Notes: generated from the sequence alone by a model not told the origin. Positions 28,030 through 37,724 are shown, counted from the stretch's first letter. The stretch: 64,000 nucleotides of DNA from Pyrinomonadaceae bacterium (GCA_036498585.1 DASYFE010000218.1:4094-68093), one strand, 5' to 3'. Numbers and translations are program-made.

Positions 28030-28111
28030 ATCTTGTAAATCTTGAAACATCATGTAAATCCTGTCTCCAGCTTAGACAGGATTAACAGGATGCTTCAGGA
28101 TTTACAAGATT
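28030..28111. repeat. family-D palindromic repeat
   Basis: ATCTTGTAAATCTTGAAACATCATGTAAATCCTGTCT is followed by a loop and AGACAGGATTAACAGGATGCTTCAGGATTTACAAGATT. It lies between cdaA and cdaR. Confidence 0.9.
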
Positions 28112-28953
28112 CAAATCGAGGCAATCTCCTTGGCTTCGCTCTCAGCCTCTGAGTGCTTTGGTTCTTTCTTTGGACTTCCTTGCAGCGCCTCGAAGATCGC
28201 CCGGCGCAGCTTTGTTGCGTCGAGGCCGCGGCGGAGATCGCCACGTTGCACCAGCGATATCAATCCGGTTTCCTCAGACACAACCACAGCAACCGCATCC
28301 GTATCCTCAGTCACACCGATCGCAGCGCGATGGCGCGTGCCAAGATCTCTCGATAGTCTCGGATTCAAAGTCAGCGGCAGAAAGCACGAAGCCGCCGCAA
28401 TTCGATGGCGTCGCACAACCACCGCACCATCGTGCAACGGGCTCGCCGTGTTGAAAATACTCACCAGCAAGTCGTAACTCAGCTCCGCGTCGAGCTGCAC
28501 GCCGCCGTCAGTCACATTTTTCAACCCGACATTTCGCTCGATAACGATCAGCGCGCCGGTCTTTGTCGAAGCAAGCGTCGTCGCTGCGAGTATTACCTCG
28601 TCGTACACGCCTTCACCAAACTGTCCGCGATGCCTCGTAAACGGCACCCGAAATCGATTCCCAAACGTAATCAACGCCTGCCGAATTTCCGACTGGAACA
28701 AAACGATGATCGCGATACCGATATACAGCAGCCCGTTACTGAGAACGAACTCCAGCGTCGCGAGATCTTGTTTGACTGAAAGCCAGTAGAGAAAAACGAG
28801 GGCGATGATACCGGCGGCCATTGGAGCGGCGCGTGTGCCCCGCAGGAGTTTCAAGACTCCATACACAAGCAAAAAGACGAACAAGATGTCCGCGACATTG
28901 CGCGGCTCGATCATCCGTCTCAAATACTCGGTGTATGGCAGTAGCAACAACAT
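28111..28953 (-). CDS. cdaA: diadenylate cyclase CdaA (DisA_N/DAC domain)
   Basis: Three N-terminal TM segments precede the DAC motifs TGALIVIERN, HDGAVVV, GTRHRAAIG and SEETGLISL. Confidence 0.9.
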   Translation of the reverse strand: MLLLLPYTEYLRRMIEPRNVADILFVFLLVYGVLKLLRGTRAAPMAAGIIALVFLYWLSVKQDLATLEFVLSNGLLYIGIAIIVLFQSEIRQALITFGNRFRVPFTRHRGQFGEGVYDEVILAATTLASTKTGALIVIERNVGLKNVTDGGVQLDAELSYDLLVSIFNTASPLHDGAVVVRRHRIAAASCFLPLTLNPRLSRDLGTRHRAAIGVTEDTDAVAVVVSEETGLISLVQRGDLRRGLDATKLRRAIFEALQGSPKKEPKHSEAESEAKEIASI

Positions 28954-28966
28954 CTCTGAGCAGTAT

Positions 28967-28988
28967 TCATCCGTGAAATCCGTGGGCT
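28967..28988. repeat. family-C half element
   Basis: TCATCCGTGAAATCCGTGGGCT. Confidence 0.75.
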
Positions 28989-29003
28989 TCGCATTTCAAC
29001 TCT

Positions 29004-29939
29004 TCAACCAATATGGTCGGGGTCGTCAACCTGCTCGCCGCGAGCAACCTCGATAAACATCATTTCAACTTTGGGCTCAGCGCGTTTGATGCGATCCTCG
29101 ACCTCGAGGATCGACTGCTCGATATCGCTGGTTTTCAGATCCGGCCGCAGCTTCACGTGCGCGTTAATCAAAATCTGTTTCGGCGCCAGGTGCATCGTCA
29201 AAAGCTCGACAACTCTTTCCACGTTGGGATGACTTTCGATCGCCTGCTTGATCGCCGCCAGCACTTTCGGATTAGCCGCTTCGCCGAGCAACAGCCCGCG
29301 CGATGAACGTGCAAGGACGAAAGCTACGACCGCGAGCACGAGCCCGATGCTTATCGACGCGACGCCGTCCCAGTATGCCCCAGCGGCGCCGCCCACCTGA
29401 TAGTCGGTCAGCAAAAGTCCGGTAGTCGCGATCACGATTCCGATCAGCGCGGCTGAGTCTTCAAAGATCACTGTCTTGGCCGTCGGATCTTTCGATTCGC
29501 GCAGATACTGCCCGAACGTCAGTCCTTCGTGATGCGCCTCTTTAATTTCCTGGTACAACGCCAGTGCGATCGAGCCACTCTCCAACACGAAGGAGATGGC
29601 GAGCACGGCATAAGCCCATTTCAAGTTCGTCGGCGGATGTGGATGCGCGAGTTTTTCGATGCCTTCGTAGATCGCGTAAGTCGCACCGACGCCGAAAATG
29701 AAAATAGCCGCTATGAAAGACCAGAAAAACCGCTCCTTGCCGTACCCGAACGGGTGCTTGTCGGAAGCCGGTCGCTTGTAAAACCGCAAACCCAACAACA
29801 GAAAGATCTGGTTTGTCGTATCGGCAACCGAGTGGAGCGCCTCAGCCATCATGCCGGAGGAACCTGTGATCACCGCCGCCACCAGCTTTAGTATCGCGAT
29901 CAATCCGTTGGCAAAGAGCGCGCCGAGTACGGCCACCAT
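29004..29939 (-). CDS. cation diffusion facilitator (CDF) family transporter
   Basis: It contains LKLVAAVITGSSGMMAEALHSVADT, further TM helices and a C-terminal cation-efflux dimerisation domain. I prefer ATG 29939. The 14 codons upstream in the track ORF are encoded by a family-C repeat. Confidence 0.85.
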   Translation of the reverse strand: MVAVLGALFANGLIAILKLVAAVITGSSGMMAEALHSVADTTNQIFLLLGLRFYKRPASDKHPFGYGKERFFWSFIAAIFIFGVGATYAIYEGIEKLAHPHPPTNLKWAYAVLAISFVLESGSIALALYQEIKEAHHEGLTFGQYLRESKDPTAKTVIFEDSAALIGIVIATTGLLLTDYQVGGAAGAYWDGVASISIGLVLAVVAFVLARSSRGLLLGEAANPKVLAAIKQAIESHPNVERVVELLTMHLAPKQILINAHVKLRPDLKTSDIEQSILEVEDRIKRAEPKVEMMFIEVARGEQVDDPDHIG

Positions 29940-29941
29940 AT

Positions 29942-30008
29942 GCCGACAGATTACACAGAACACGCAGATTCTGTAAAACAATCTGTGTGATCCGTATAAA
30001 TCTGTGAC
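29942..30008. repeat. family-C palindromic repeat
   Basis: GCCGACAGATTACACAGAACACGCAGATT is followed by a loop and AATCTGTGTGATCCGTATAAATCTGTGAC. Confidence 0.85.
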
Positions 30009-31154
30009 TTATTTTTTACGTTTGGTTCGTTTGAACTTGCCGCTCTGAAGAAAACCGACGAGCTCGCCGGTTTTTCCGACTACGGCAACCGAGCCGATTC
30101 CGTTTCGCTTCATCAACTCCTGCGCGTAAGCGAGAGTCGCATTTGGCTCGACGAAAAACCGCGGCGCGATGGGTCGCATGACGTCGCGCGCGCGCGTGAG
30201 GTGCCAGCGTTCGCGCGGTAGTGTCTTCAGATCTTCGAGCGACAACATCCCGAACAGACGCCGGTTTTGTGCGACTGGAAAAGCGACCTGGCGATGCAAG
30301 GGCAAAACGGAGTCGATCAAATAACTGATGAGAGCGTCCGGCTCGACTGAAAACGGGGCTGACATCGCTTCGCTGACGACGTTCCGGATTCTTCGGCGAA
30401 CTTGCTTCACGACGCTGTAAGCCGCGTCGAATAGAAATAAACCAACGAGCACCGACCAGAAGCCCATGAAGTATGAGCGGAAAGTCGGCGCGATGGCCAT
30501 GTAGACGCCGAAGATGATCAGAATAGCGGCGATCAACATGCCGCAAATTCCGGCGAGGCGCGTGGCTTCGCGAATGTCGCCGGTGCGTCGCCAGAGCAGC
30601 GCGCGCAACACGCGACCGCCATCCAGCGGATAACCAGGAAAGAGATTGAAGACAGCGAGGAGCAGATTGCCGGCGCATAGTAATAACAGGACGCCACCGG
30701 CGATCGGGTACTCAAACATCATCGCCGGCAGCATCAGTACAAAACTAATCGCTGCAAACAGAAAACTCGCTGCTGGACCAGCAACCGCGATGCGAAACTC
30801 GGCGCGCGGACTTTCGGGCTCGTTTCGTAGACGTGCGAGTCCGCCAAACGGGTGCAGCACGATCTCTTCGATCTCGATTCCTTCGGCGCGGCCCATGAGC
30901 GCGTGCGAGAGCTCGTGACCCAGCACGGAGAGAAACAGACCTACAGTTGTGACGACGGCGAGGAGCCACGCGACGGCGACACTCACGGGCATGAGCTTGA
31001 ATGAGCCGACCCACATGCCGCCGCGACTGAGGTTCATCGCGATGAGCCAAACACTCAAGACAAAAACTATGAACCAGCGGTAATCGAAACGCACCGGAAT
31101 CCCGAAGATGTGCGCCACCGTGACCTGACGTTTAAAGATTTCCGCTACCTTCAT
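30009..31154 (-). CDS. site-2 protease (M50) family metalloprotease with CBS pair
   Basis: It has the HExxH motif HELSHALMGR, a second-site motif FNLFPGYPLDGGRV and C-terminal CBS-like repeats. Confidence 0.85.
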   Translation of the reverse strand: MKVAEIFKRQVTVAHIFGIPVRFDYRWFIVFVLSVWLIAMNLSRGGMWVGSFKLMPVSVAVAWLLAVVTTVGLFLSVLGHELSHALMGRAEGIEIEEIVLHPFGGLARLRNEPESPRAEFRIAVAGPAASFLFAAISFVLMLPAMMFEYPIAGGVLLLLCAGNLLLAVFNLFPGYPLDGGRVLRALLWRRTGDIREATRLAGICGMLIAAILIIFGVYMAIAPTFRSYFMGFWSVLVGLFLFDAAYSVVKQVRRRIRNVVSEAMSAPFSVEPDALISYLIDSVLPLHRQVAFPVAQNRRLFGMLSLEDLKTLPRERWHLTRARDVMRPIAPRFFVEPNATLAYAQELMKRNGIGSVAVVGKTGELVGFLQSGKFKRTKRKK

Positions 31155-31168
31155 TGATCCTTCTATAA

Positions 31169-31264
31169 CAACTGTAGGGGTGGCCCCTCCGTGGCCACCC
31201 GTTCCGTAAGAAACACGCCTTTATCCTCGAAACGGGTGGCCACGGAGGGCCACCCCTACAGTTG
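31169..31264. repeat. family-G palindromic repeat
   Basis: CAACTGTAGGGGTGGCCCCTCCGTGGCCACCCGTT is followed by a loop and AACGGGTGGCCACGGAGGGCCACCCCTACAGTTG. A second copy is at 43722. Confidence 0.95.
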
Positions 31265-31267
31265 TTT

Positions 31268-32371
31268 TCAAGTCTCGAACGCGGTTGCTTCGGTGTCGAT
31301 TAATGGATGTGGCTCGGTGCGCGATACGCGTCGCAGCAACAACGGCTCTTCGTACAGTTGCGACAATCCACGCACGATCGCGAATCGCGGATCGTCAGCC
31401 ACTCGCACATCGAGGTTGAGCTCCTTCTCGAGATAGCTCGGCAGCCCTTCCAACGACGCGCCACCGCCAGTCAGTATCAACCCGCGATCGAAAATGTCGC
31501 CCGCCACCTCCGGCGAGAGATCGCCGAGCAACGATCGCACCTCTTCAGCGATTTTCTTAATCACCGGCGCCGTGATCGTGTAAACCTCGCCCGCCGTCAG
31601 ATCGACAGCGCCCGGACTGCCCGTCTGCACGTCGCGACCGCGCACGTGGACCTTCTTGTCCGGATCCTCAGGCTCGATCGCCGTGCTCAGCTCGATTTTC
31701 AGTCGTTCCGCAGTTTGCACACCGATCGTTAGACCCCGGTGACGGCGCAAACGATCCATGATTGCGACGTCAATATCCGAGCTGCCGATCCGCTCGGCGC
31801 GCGACGCGATGATCGATCCGCTGATAATGGCCGCAACGTTCGTCGTACCACCGCCAATATCAACAACTGCCGCGGCGCGGTGGTCGTTGAGCGGAACGCC
31901 CGCGCCGATTGCCGCTGCCTGGCCTTCTTCAATCATGTAAACACGGCTGATACGTGCTTCTTCCGCAGCCGCCAGCAGCGCGCGTTGCTCAACCTGCGTT
32001 ACTTCCGAAAGCACGCTCATGATGGCGCGGCGGCTGAAGTGCGAAAGACCGCTGCGCGCCGCCCTGACGAAGTAGTCGAGCATTGTCCGCGTTCTTTCAA
32101 AATCAGCGACGACGCCATCGACGAGCGGCGCAATTACCGTGACGTCGCGCGCCTCGCGTCCCTGCATCTTGTGCGCTTCGTCGCCGACAGCGATGACTTC
32201 GCCCGTGACCTTGTTAACAGCGACGACCGACGGCTCGTCAACGACGATGCCGCGCCCGCGTACGGCAATGATCGTGCTTGCCGAACCCATGTCGATTGCC
32301 ATCGAATCGGAGACGAGGTTCTGGAGGGCGTTGAGGCCGAGGAGAGTTTTAGTTTTCCCGATGAACGACAT
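31268..32371 (-). CDS. MreB/Mbl-like actin-family ATPase (divergent paralog)
   Basis: It is collinear with MreB: AIDMGSASTII, EPSVVAV, PLVDGVVADF, VDIGGGTTNVA and LTGGGASL. It has a divergent N-terminus and a C-terminal extension of about 30 aa. No mreC or mreD is adjacent. Confidence 0.75.
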   Translation of the reverse strand: MSFIGKTKTLLGLNALQNLVSDSMAIDMGSASTIIAVRGRGIVVDEPSVVAVNKVTGEVIAVGDEAHKMQGREARDVTVIAPLVDGVVADFERTRTMLDYFVRAARSGLSHFSRRAIMSVLSEVTQVEQRALLAAAEEARISRVYMIEEGQAAAIGAGVPLNDHRAAAVVDIGGGTTNVAAIISGSIIASRAERIGSSDIDVAIMDRLRRHRGLTIGVQTAERLKIELSTAIEPEDPDKKVHVRGRDVQTGSPGAVDLTAGEVYTITAPVIKKIAEEVRSLLGDLSPEVAGDIFDRGLILTGGGASLEGLPSYLEKELNLDVRVADDPRFAIVRGLSQLYEEPLLLRRVSRTEPHPLIDTEATAFET

Positions 32372-32386
32372 ACGAACCTGCTACTA

Positions 32387-34042
32387 CTAAAAAGATCCGC
32401 TTGCTCTTTGCCAGTCAACTTCCCAAAGATTTACGGGCTGCTGGCGATTCTTGACCATGATCGGCTCGCGTGGGTTCAGTTTGTACCGACTGTGCGCGGC
32501 CTTAGCTGTCACATCACTGACCAGAATCTCGCCGCCTCGGGCATTAGACTCCAGTCGCGAAGAGGTGTTTACAGTATCGCCGATCGCTGTGTATTCCGAA
32601 CGCCGGTCGGAGCCGATGTACCCGACGACCACTTCACCGGTGTGAAGTCCCATGCCGACGCCAATCTCCGGAAATCCTTCATCGTGCAGCTCGCGATTGA
32701 TTCCCAGCATGCGCCGCTGCATCGCCACGGCCGCGTTCAGGGCGTTGGATGCGTCGTCGGGCGTGGCGGTGGGCGCGCCGAAAAGCGCCATCAAACCGTC
32801 GCCGAGATACTTATCGAGCGTGCCGCCGTGCGCGAAAATGATCTCAGTCATCGCTGAAAAATAGCGATTGAGCAGGCTAACAATCTTTTCCGGCGGTGCG
32901 TGTTCTGAGATGCGCGTGAAGCCGCGAATGTCAGCAAACAAGATCGTGATGGTCTGACTGACGCCGCCGAGCTTGAACGAGTCAGGATTCTCCAGCATCT
33001 GTTTCACCACAACCTCTGGAAGGAACCGGCTGTAATTCGCGCGCGCCACTTCTTCCCGCGCCAAACGCTCGTGCGCGCGCGCATTCTCCACCGCGATCGC
33101 AGTCTGCGCCGCGACGGCGCTAATCAATTCCAGATCGTCCGGCTTGAACGCCGCAAACGGATCGAGACGATCGGCATAAAGCGCACCGTGAACGCGCGTC
33201 TCGGCGACGAGCGGCGCACAGATCGTCGATCGCACGCCTTGCGAGACGATCGAATCCACGCCCGCAAACTGTTCGTCTGACGCGGCGTCCTGCGACAGCA
33301 GCGCGACGCGATCCTTCATCACTTTGCGCGTGATCGTGCGGCCGATGGAAAGCCTGCGCGCGTGTGCTTCGAGCTTGTTATCGCGCGCGCGCATCGCGAT
33401 CGGCGTCAGGTTTTCCGAGCCGTCCTGTTCGGCGAGTAAAGCCACCACGCGATCGGCCGGCGTCGATCGAAAAATAATATCGGTCGCTTTTTCAAATATG
33501 GCGTTTAAATCAAAGACCGAGCCGAGCGTTTTGCTCATTTCGTAAAGCGCGCTCAGAATATTTGCCTTGCGTTGCAACGCTTCGAGCACTTTGTCGCGCT
33601 GCTGCGGCGCTGAGACTTCTTCTTTCGAACGCAGCACCGTTGACATCACGTCGTTTGCTGAAATCAGCAACTGCGTGTGACCGAGTGGCTTGTCGTCGTA
33701 ACGGACGTCGGTGGTGCGCTCTTCGATTGGTTGCTCGAAACGCAACGTGCTCGCGCCGATGGTGACGCGGTCGCCGTTCTTGAGCTGTTGCTCGAAACGG
33801 GGCTCGCCGTTGATGAAGACTTTATTTGCGCTGCGACGTAGCTGGCCGTTGATTACAGCGCCGTCGACGATCGTGAAATGGCCGTTGTCCGATTGATTGA
33901 TGTGTGCGTGATAACGTGAGGCGCGCGGATCATCCAGCACCACTGTGTTGTCGGGTGCGCGACCGATTGTGCAAGCAACATTGGGCAAAAAACTAAACTG
34001 CCACTGGCGCCCGCTGGCATCGGTGATTTTAAGATGAGCCAT
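32387..34042 (-). CDS. FHA + GAF + class III adenylate/guanylate cyclase
   Basis: The FHA domain (CTIGRAPDNTVVLDDPRASRYHAHI) is followed by a central GAF-like region and a cyclase catalytic domain (ITILFADIRGFT, GDGLMALFGAP, YTAIGDTVNTSSRLE). Confidence 0.85.
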   Translation of the reverse strand: MAHLKITDASGRQWQFSFLPNVACTIGRAPDNTVVLDDPRASRYHAHINQSDNGHFTIVDGAVINGQLRRSANKVFINGEPRFEQQLKNGDRVTIGASTLRFEQPIEERTTDVRYDDKPLGHTQLLISANDVMSTVLRSKEEVSAPQQRDKVLEALQRKANILSALYEMSKTLGSVFDLNAIFEKATDIIFRSTPADRVVALLAEQDGSENLTPIAMRARDNKLEAHARRLSIGRTITRKVMKDRVALLSQDAASDEQFAGVDSIVSQGVRSTICAPLVAETRVHGALYADRLDPFAAFKPDDLELISAVAAQTAIAVENARAHERLAREEVARANYSRFLPEVVVKQMLENPDSFKLGGVSQTITILFADIRGFTRISEHAPPEKIVSLLNRYFSAMTEIIFAHGGTLDKYLGDGLMALFGAPTATPDDASNALNAAVAMQRRMLGINRELHDEGFPEIGVGMGLHTGEVVVGYIGSDRRSEYTAIGDTVNTSSRLESNARGGEILVSDVTAKAAHSRYKLNPREPIMVKNRQQPVNLWEVDWQRASGSF

Positions 34043-34087
34043 GGCGGCGCGATCCTAACAGTAGATAATCATGCTGACAACAGTAAT

Positions 34088-34179
34088 ACCTCTGCGGCTC
34101 TCTGCGTATCTCAGCGTTCTCTGCGTTAAATGGCAGCTTAAACGCAGAGCGCGCAGAGATACGCAGAGAGCCGCAGAGA
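34088..34179. repeat. family-B palindromic repeat
   Basis: ACCTCTGCGGCTCTCTGCGTATCTCAGCGTTCTCTGCGTT is followed by a loop and its inverted copy. Confidence 0.9.
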
Positions 34180-34253
34180 TAGCTCTTTCCACACGACTGG
34201 TCTTCCGCTATCATGCGACGCGCGTATCCTCGCATCCCAGAAGGAGTCATGGA

Positions 34254-35909
34254 ATGAGTTCCTCCGCTCGTTATCTGCCCGCGGTCCTGCTCACGATTTT
34301 GAGTCTCCCGATTTCGCTGTGGGCCCAGGCTGCGCCCAAACAACCCACCAAAGCGCCGAGTGGCTCGATCTCCGGTCGAGTAACGATCAAGGAAAAGGCT
34401 GCGGAAGGAGTCGTGGTCGCGCTACGTAAAAACGTGCAGACAAATCCATTCGAGGTGGCGCTAAGAGCCACGACGGATCAGGATGGCCGCTATCGCATCA
34501 CGAACGTTCCGCCGGGAACTTATGAAGTCACGCCTTCGGCTCCTGCTTTTGTGCCGTCAGAACTGAAAGAGCAGCGCAACAAGACCGTCCTCGTCGGCGA
34601 GGATGAAAACATCGAAAACATAAACTTCGTGCTCGTCCGTGGCGGCGTTATCACTGGAAAAGTCACGGACGCAGATGGACGTCCGGTCATTCAGCAGCAG
34701 GTCAATATTTTTCGCACAGAGGCCATTGAGCAACAGGGACAACAACCGCGCCCGGCTTATCCAAACGCCGGAGGCCAAACCGACGATCGCGGAATTTATC
34801 GCGTGTTCGGGCTGATGCCGGGACGCTACAAGGTTGCGGTGGGTCGCAGCGACCAGCTTTTGAACCAATCATTCGGCGGCGCACAGCGTTCGACATACCA
34901 ACAGGTTTTCCATCCTGACGTAACCGATCAGGCCAAGGCCACTGTGATCGAAGTCGGTCAAGGTACCGAAGCTAAAGACATCGACATTGCGCTTGGTCGT
35001 GCTTTGCAGACTTTCTCGGTTTCCGGGCGAGTGGTCGACGATAAAGGTTCACCGGCGCCGAACATCCGCCTGGGTCTACAACGGACTATGGGCCAGCGTG
35101 CCGAGTTTGTTAACACGTTTCCATCGACGAATACCCAGGGCGATTTCGTTGTCGAAGGATTGATCCCGAGCAAATATGAAATCTTCCTGTTGCCGAACCA
35201 GAATAGTGCTCAGCGACTCGAGACATTCACGTTTGACGTAATCGATCAGGATATCAGTGGAATAACTCTCAAACTCGTGCTGGGTGCGAGCGTGAGCGGC
35301 GTCGTCGTGGTCGAGGGTGACAGCAAGGCTGGCATCGCGAAATTTTCAGAGCTTCAGTTGGGGGCGTATGTTTCGAACCCGACCGGCGGAGGCGGCCTCG
35401 GATCGACAGCAAGATCGCCAATTGCTCCCGATGGAGGCTTTCTGGTGCAAGGCCTGCCCGGTGGAATACTGAACTTCAGTGTAGGTGGGGTGAGTATTCC
35501 GTACTCAACAAGAGGATTCTCCATTGCGCGAATCGAGCGTGATGGTGTTCGCATGGAGCGCGGCATTGAGATTAAGGACGGTGAACAGTTAACCGGTATT
35601 CGCGTTGTGCTCGCTTATGGGAACGGGAAGGTTCGCGGAGTGGTGAATCTCGAGAATGGTCCGGCGCCCAATGGCGCACGCTTTTTTGTGAGAATCTTTA
35701 AGTCGGGTCAACCTGTAAGCAACTTCCGACCGCCGGAAGTCGACGCGCGGGGACATTTTTTGATCGAAGATTTGCCGGCCGGCGTGTACGAGATTCAGGC
35801 TGGTGTTACCGGTCTTCCGCAAATTGTAAAGCGCGAAGTTAGTGTTCAGGACGGCGCGACAACCGACATAACAATCACGATCGAACAGCCACAGACTCCA
35901 AAGCCGTAA
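34254..35909 (+). CDS. secreted carboxypeptidase-regulatory-like domain repeat protein
   Basis: It has a signal peptide (MSSSARYLPAVLLTILSLPISLWAQ) and repeated units of the type GRVT..G.GV.V....TD.DGRYRI.N.PPGTY. ATG 34254 has AAGGAG upstream. The track start 34071 lies inside a family-B repeat. Confidence 0.8.
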   Translation: MSSSARYLPAVLLTILSLPISLWAQAAPKQPTKAPSGSISGRVTIKEKAAEGVVVALRKNVQTNPFEVALRATTDQDGRYRITNVPPGTYEVTPSAPAFVPSELKEQRNKTVLVGEDENIENINFVLVRGGVITGKVTDADGRPVIQQQVNIFRTEAIEQQGQQPRPAYPNAGGQTDDRGIYRVFGLMPGRYKVAVGRSDQLLNQSFGGAQRSTYQQVFHPDVTDQAKATVIEVGQGTEAKDIDIALGRALQTFSVSGRVVDDKGSPAPNIRLGLQRTMGQRAEFVNTFPSTNTQGDFVVEGLIPSKYEIFLLPNQNSAQRLETFTFDVIDQDISGITLKLVLGASVSGVVVVEGDSKAGIAKFSELQLGAYVSNPTGGGGLGSTARSPIAPDGGFLVQGLPGGILNFSVGGVSIPYSTRGFSIARIERDGVRMERGIEIKDGEQLTGIRVVLAYGNGKVRGVVNLENGPAPNGARFFVRIFKSGQPVSNFRPPEVDARGHFLIEDLPAGVYEIQAGVTGLPQIVKREVSVQDGATTDITITIEQPQTPKP

Positions 35910-37624
35910 TGTTTATTCAGAAACTCATCGCAGCGTCGTTTCTTCTCATCGCCTCGTGCGTGATGTTGTGTGCGCAACAGCCTGTGCCAACGCCGAAGAA
36001 AGCGGACGAGCCCGTAACAAATGGTGTCATCGACGGGAGAGTGGTGAACGAGAGTGGCCAGGGAATGTCAGGAGCGACAGTGTTCGTCAGAGCGGCAAAT
36101 TCCGCGGGAGCTGGACGACAGACCACCGCCGACATCGAAGGAAACTTTCGCGTGGTCGGCCTCGAACCGGCGCTCTACACCGTATCCGCGAATGCGCCCG
36201 CATATACGGCGGCCGGTTCCGCGGATCCATTTACACCGACTTACTACCGCATCGGCGACACGGTGCGAATCGAGATGGTTCGCGGCGGAGCTATTACTGG
36301 AACTGTTACGAACGCCGTGGGAGAGCCGGTCGTCGCAGTTCGTGTGCGCGCAACAATGGTCCGCGACACGCGAGGTGAGGGCGCAAAGCTGGCGGCGTAT
36401 ATAACACAGGAACAACCCACAGACGACCGCGGCATTTATCGAATCTACGGACTGCGCCCGGGCACTTATATCGTCAGCGCCGGCGGTTCAGGTTTCGCCT
36501 ACCAGTTCAATCCATACGATCAGGACCTGCCGACGTATGCACCCTCCGCCAGTCGTGATACCGCAGCGGAGATTCTTGTGCGCAGCGGCGAAGACTCGAA
36601 CATCGACATTCGTTATCGTGGCGAGCCAGGCCATTTGATCAGCGGTACGGTTAAAGTGGCTGGCACTAACGGCTCGGCAGTAGCGTTGACGCAAGCCGGC
36701 AGTGCCGTTCCGCTAGGAAACACGTATCAACCTGATGGCGCTCGAGGGTTCACTTTCACTGGTCTGGGCGATGGTGATTACGACGTCGTTGCTCAGGAGC
36801 TAGCGTCAAATCCGAATAATCTCACCACGCCGGCGTTCTCGCTGTCGGAGCCGAAACGTGTCAGCATAAAAGGCGCTGACGTTACGGGAATCGAGCTATC
36901 AACGAGACCGCTGTCATCGATCAGCGGAAAGATCGCGCTCGAGCCATCGAAGGCCCCGGAGTGTCAGGGCAAGCGTCCACCGCTGTTTGCAGAAACGGTG
37001 GTCCGGATTCAGAAACCTGAAAAAGAAAAGGACCAGGAAGATTCTATGGCTCTGCGATTCCTGGCGGGCTCGGCGTCACCCGATGCAAGCGGTGCGTTTC
37101 AGTTGCGCAATCTTGTTGCCGGTAAATATCAATTCGAGCCGCGGTTCTATGCACGTTACTGGTATCTGCAATCGATTACGACGACAACCGGAACACCGAA
37201 GCCGCAGAAGTTCGATGCCGCAGCAAACTGGATGACGGTGAAATCAGGCGAGCAACTATCGAATCTCACGATCACGCTTGCGCAGGGAGCGGCGTCGATT
37301 CGCGGGCGCGTCGTGGTGCCCGAGGGCGCTGCGACACCGGCGACGTCGTCTCTTTATCTCGTGCCGGCTGAGCCCGACAAAACAAATGATGTTTTGCGTT
37401 ACTTCGTGAGCGATGTTGGCGACGACCAGACGTTCACATTCAACAACCTGCCGCCGGGACGATACCTTACTTATCTCGATACGCAGACCATGACACTAAA
37501 GAAGCTACGCCAACCAGAAGCCGCTCCCGAGCGCCTCAAAGTCCGCCGCGGTGCTGAGACAAAGAAGAACGAAATCGAATTAAAGCCCTGCCAAAACCTG
37601 GTGGACTATCAACTGAAACCATAA
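35909..37624 (+). CDS. secreted carboxypeptidase-regulatory-like domain repeat protein (paralog)
   Basis: It has a signal peptide (MFIQKLIAASFLLIASCVMLCAQ) and units such as GRVVNESGQGMSGATVFV...GNFRVVGLEPALYTV. Its ATG overlaps the upstream TAA by 1 nt (TAATG). Confidence 0.8.
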   Translation: MFIQKLIAASFLLIASCVMLCAQQPVPTPKKADEPVTNGVIDGRVVNESGQGMSGATVFVRAANSAGAGRQTTADIEGNFRVVGLEPALYTVSANAPAYTAAGSADPFTPTYYRIGDTVRIEMVRGGAITGTVTNAVGEPVVAVRVRATMVRDTRGEGAKLAAYITQEQPTDDRGIYRIYGLRPGTYIVSAGGSGFAYQFNPYDQDLPTYAPSASRDTAAEILVRSGEDSNIDIRYRGEPGHLISGTVKVAGTNGSAVALTQAGSAVPLGNTYQPDGARGFTFTGLGDGDYDVVAQELASNPNNLTTPAFSLSEPKRVSIKGADVTGIELSTRPLSSISGKIALEPSKAPECQGKRPPLFAETVVRIQKPEKEKDQEDSMALRFLAGSASPDASGAFQLRNLVAGKYQFEPRFYARYWYLQSITTTTGTPKPQKFDAAANWMTVKSGEQLSNLTITLAQGAASIRGRVVVPEGAATPATSSLYLVPAEPDKTNDVLRYFVSDVGDDQTFTFNNLPPGRYLTYLDTQTMTLKKLRQPEAAPERLKVRRGAETKKNEIELKPCQNLVDYQLKP

Positions 37625-37694
37625 GTCCTATCAGACATATAGATCCTATACGCTGACAAGATTTTTGCCCCCCGCCGGAACGCGGCAGTGAACC

Positions 37695-37724
37695 TTGACC
37701 TTTCGCAAGATAGCTTGCTAGACT
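37695..37724 (+). promoter_or_regulatory. sigma-70-like promoter candidate for carD
   Basis: TTGACC (37695-37700), an 18-nt spacer and TAGACT (37719-37724) lie about 110 nt upstream of the carD start. Confidence 0.3.

Noticed and set aside
25707-28953. A glmS-type ribozyme or c-di-AMP (ydaO-type) riboswitch associated with glmM/cdaA.
   Set aside because: The gene here is glmM, not glmS. The cdaA upstream region (28954-29003) is only 50 nt and is mostly a family-C repeat. I recognised no riboswitch-like conserved core.
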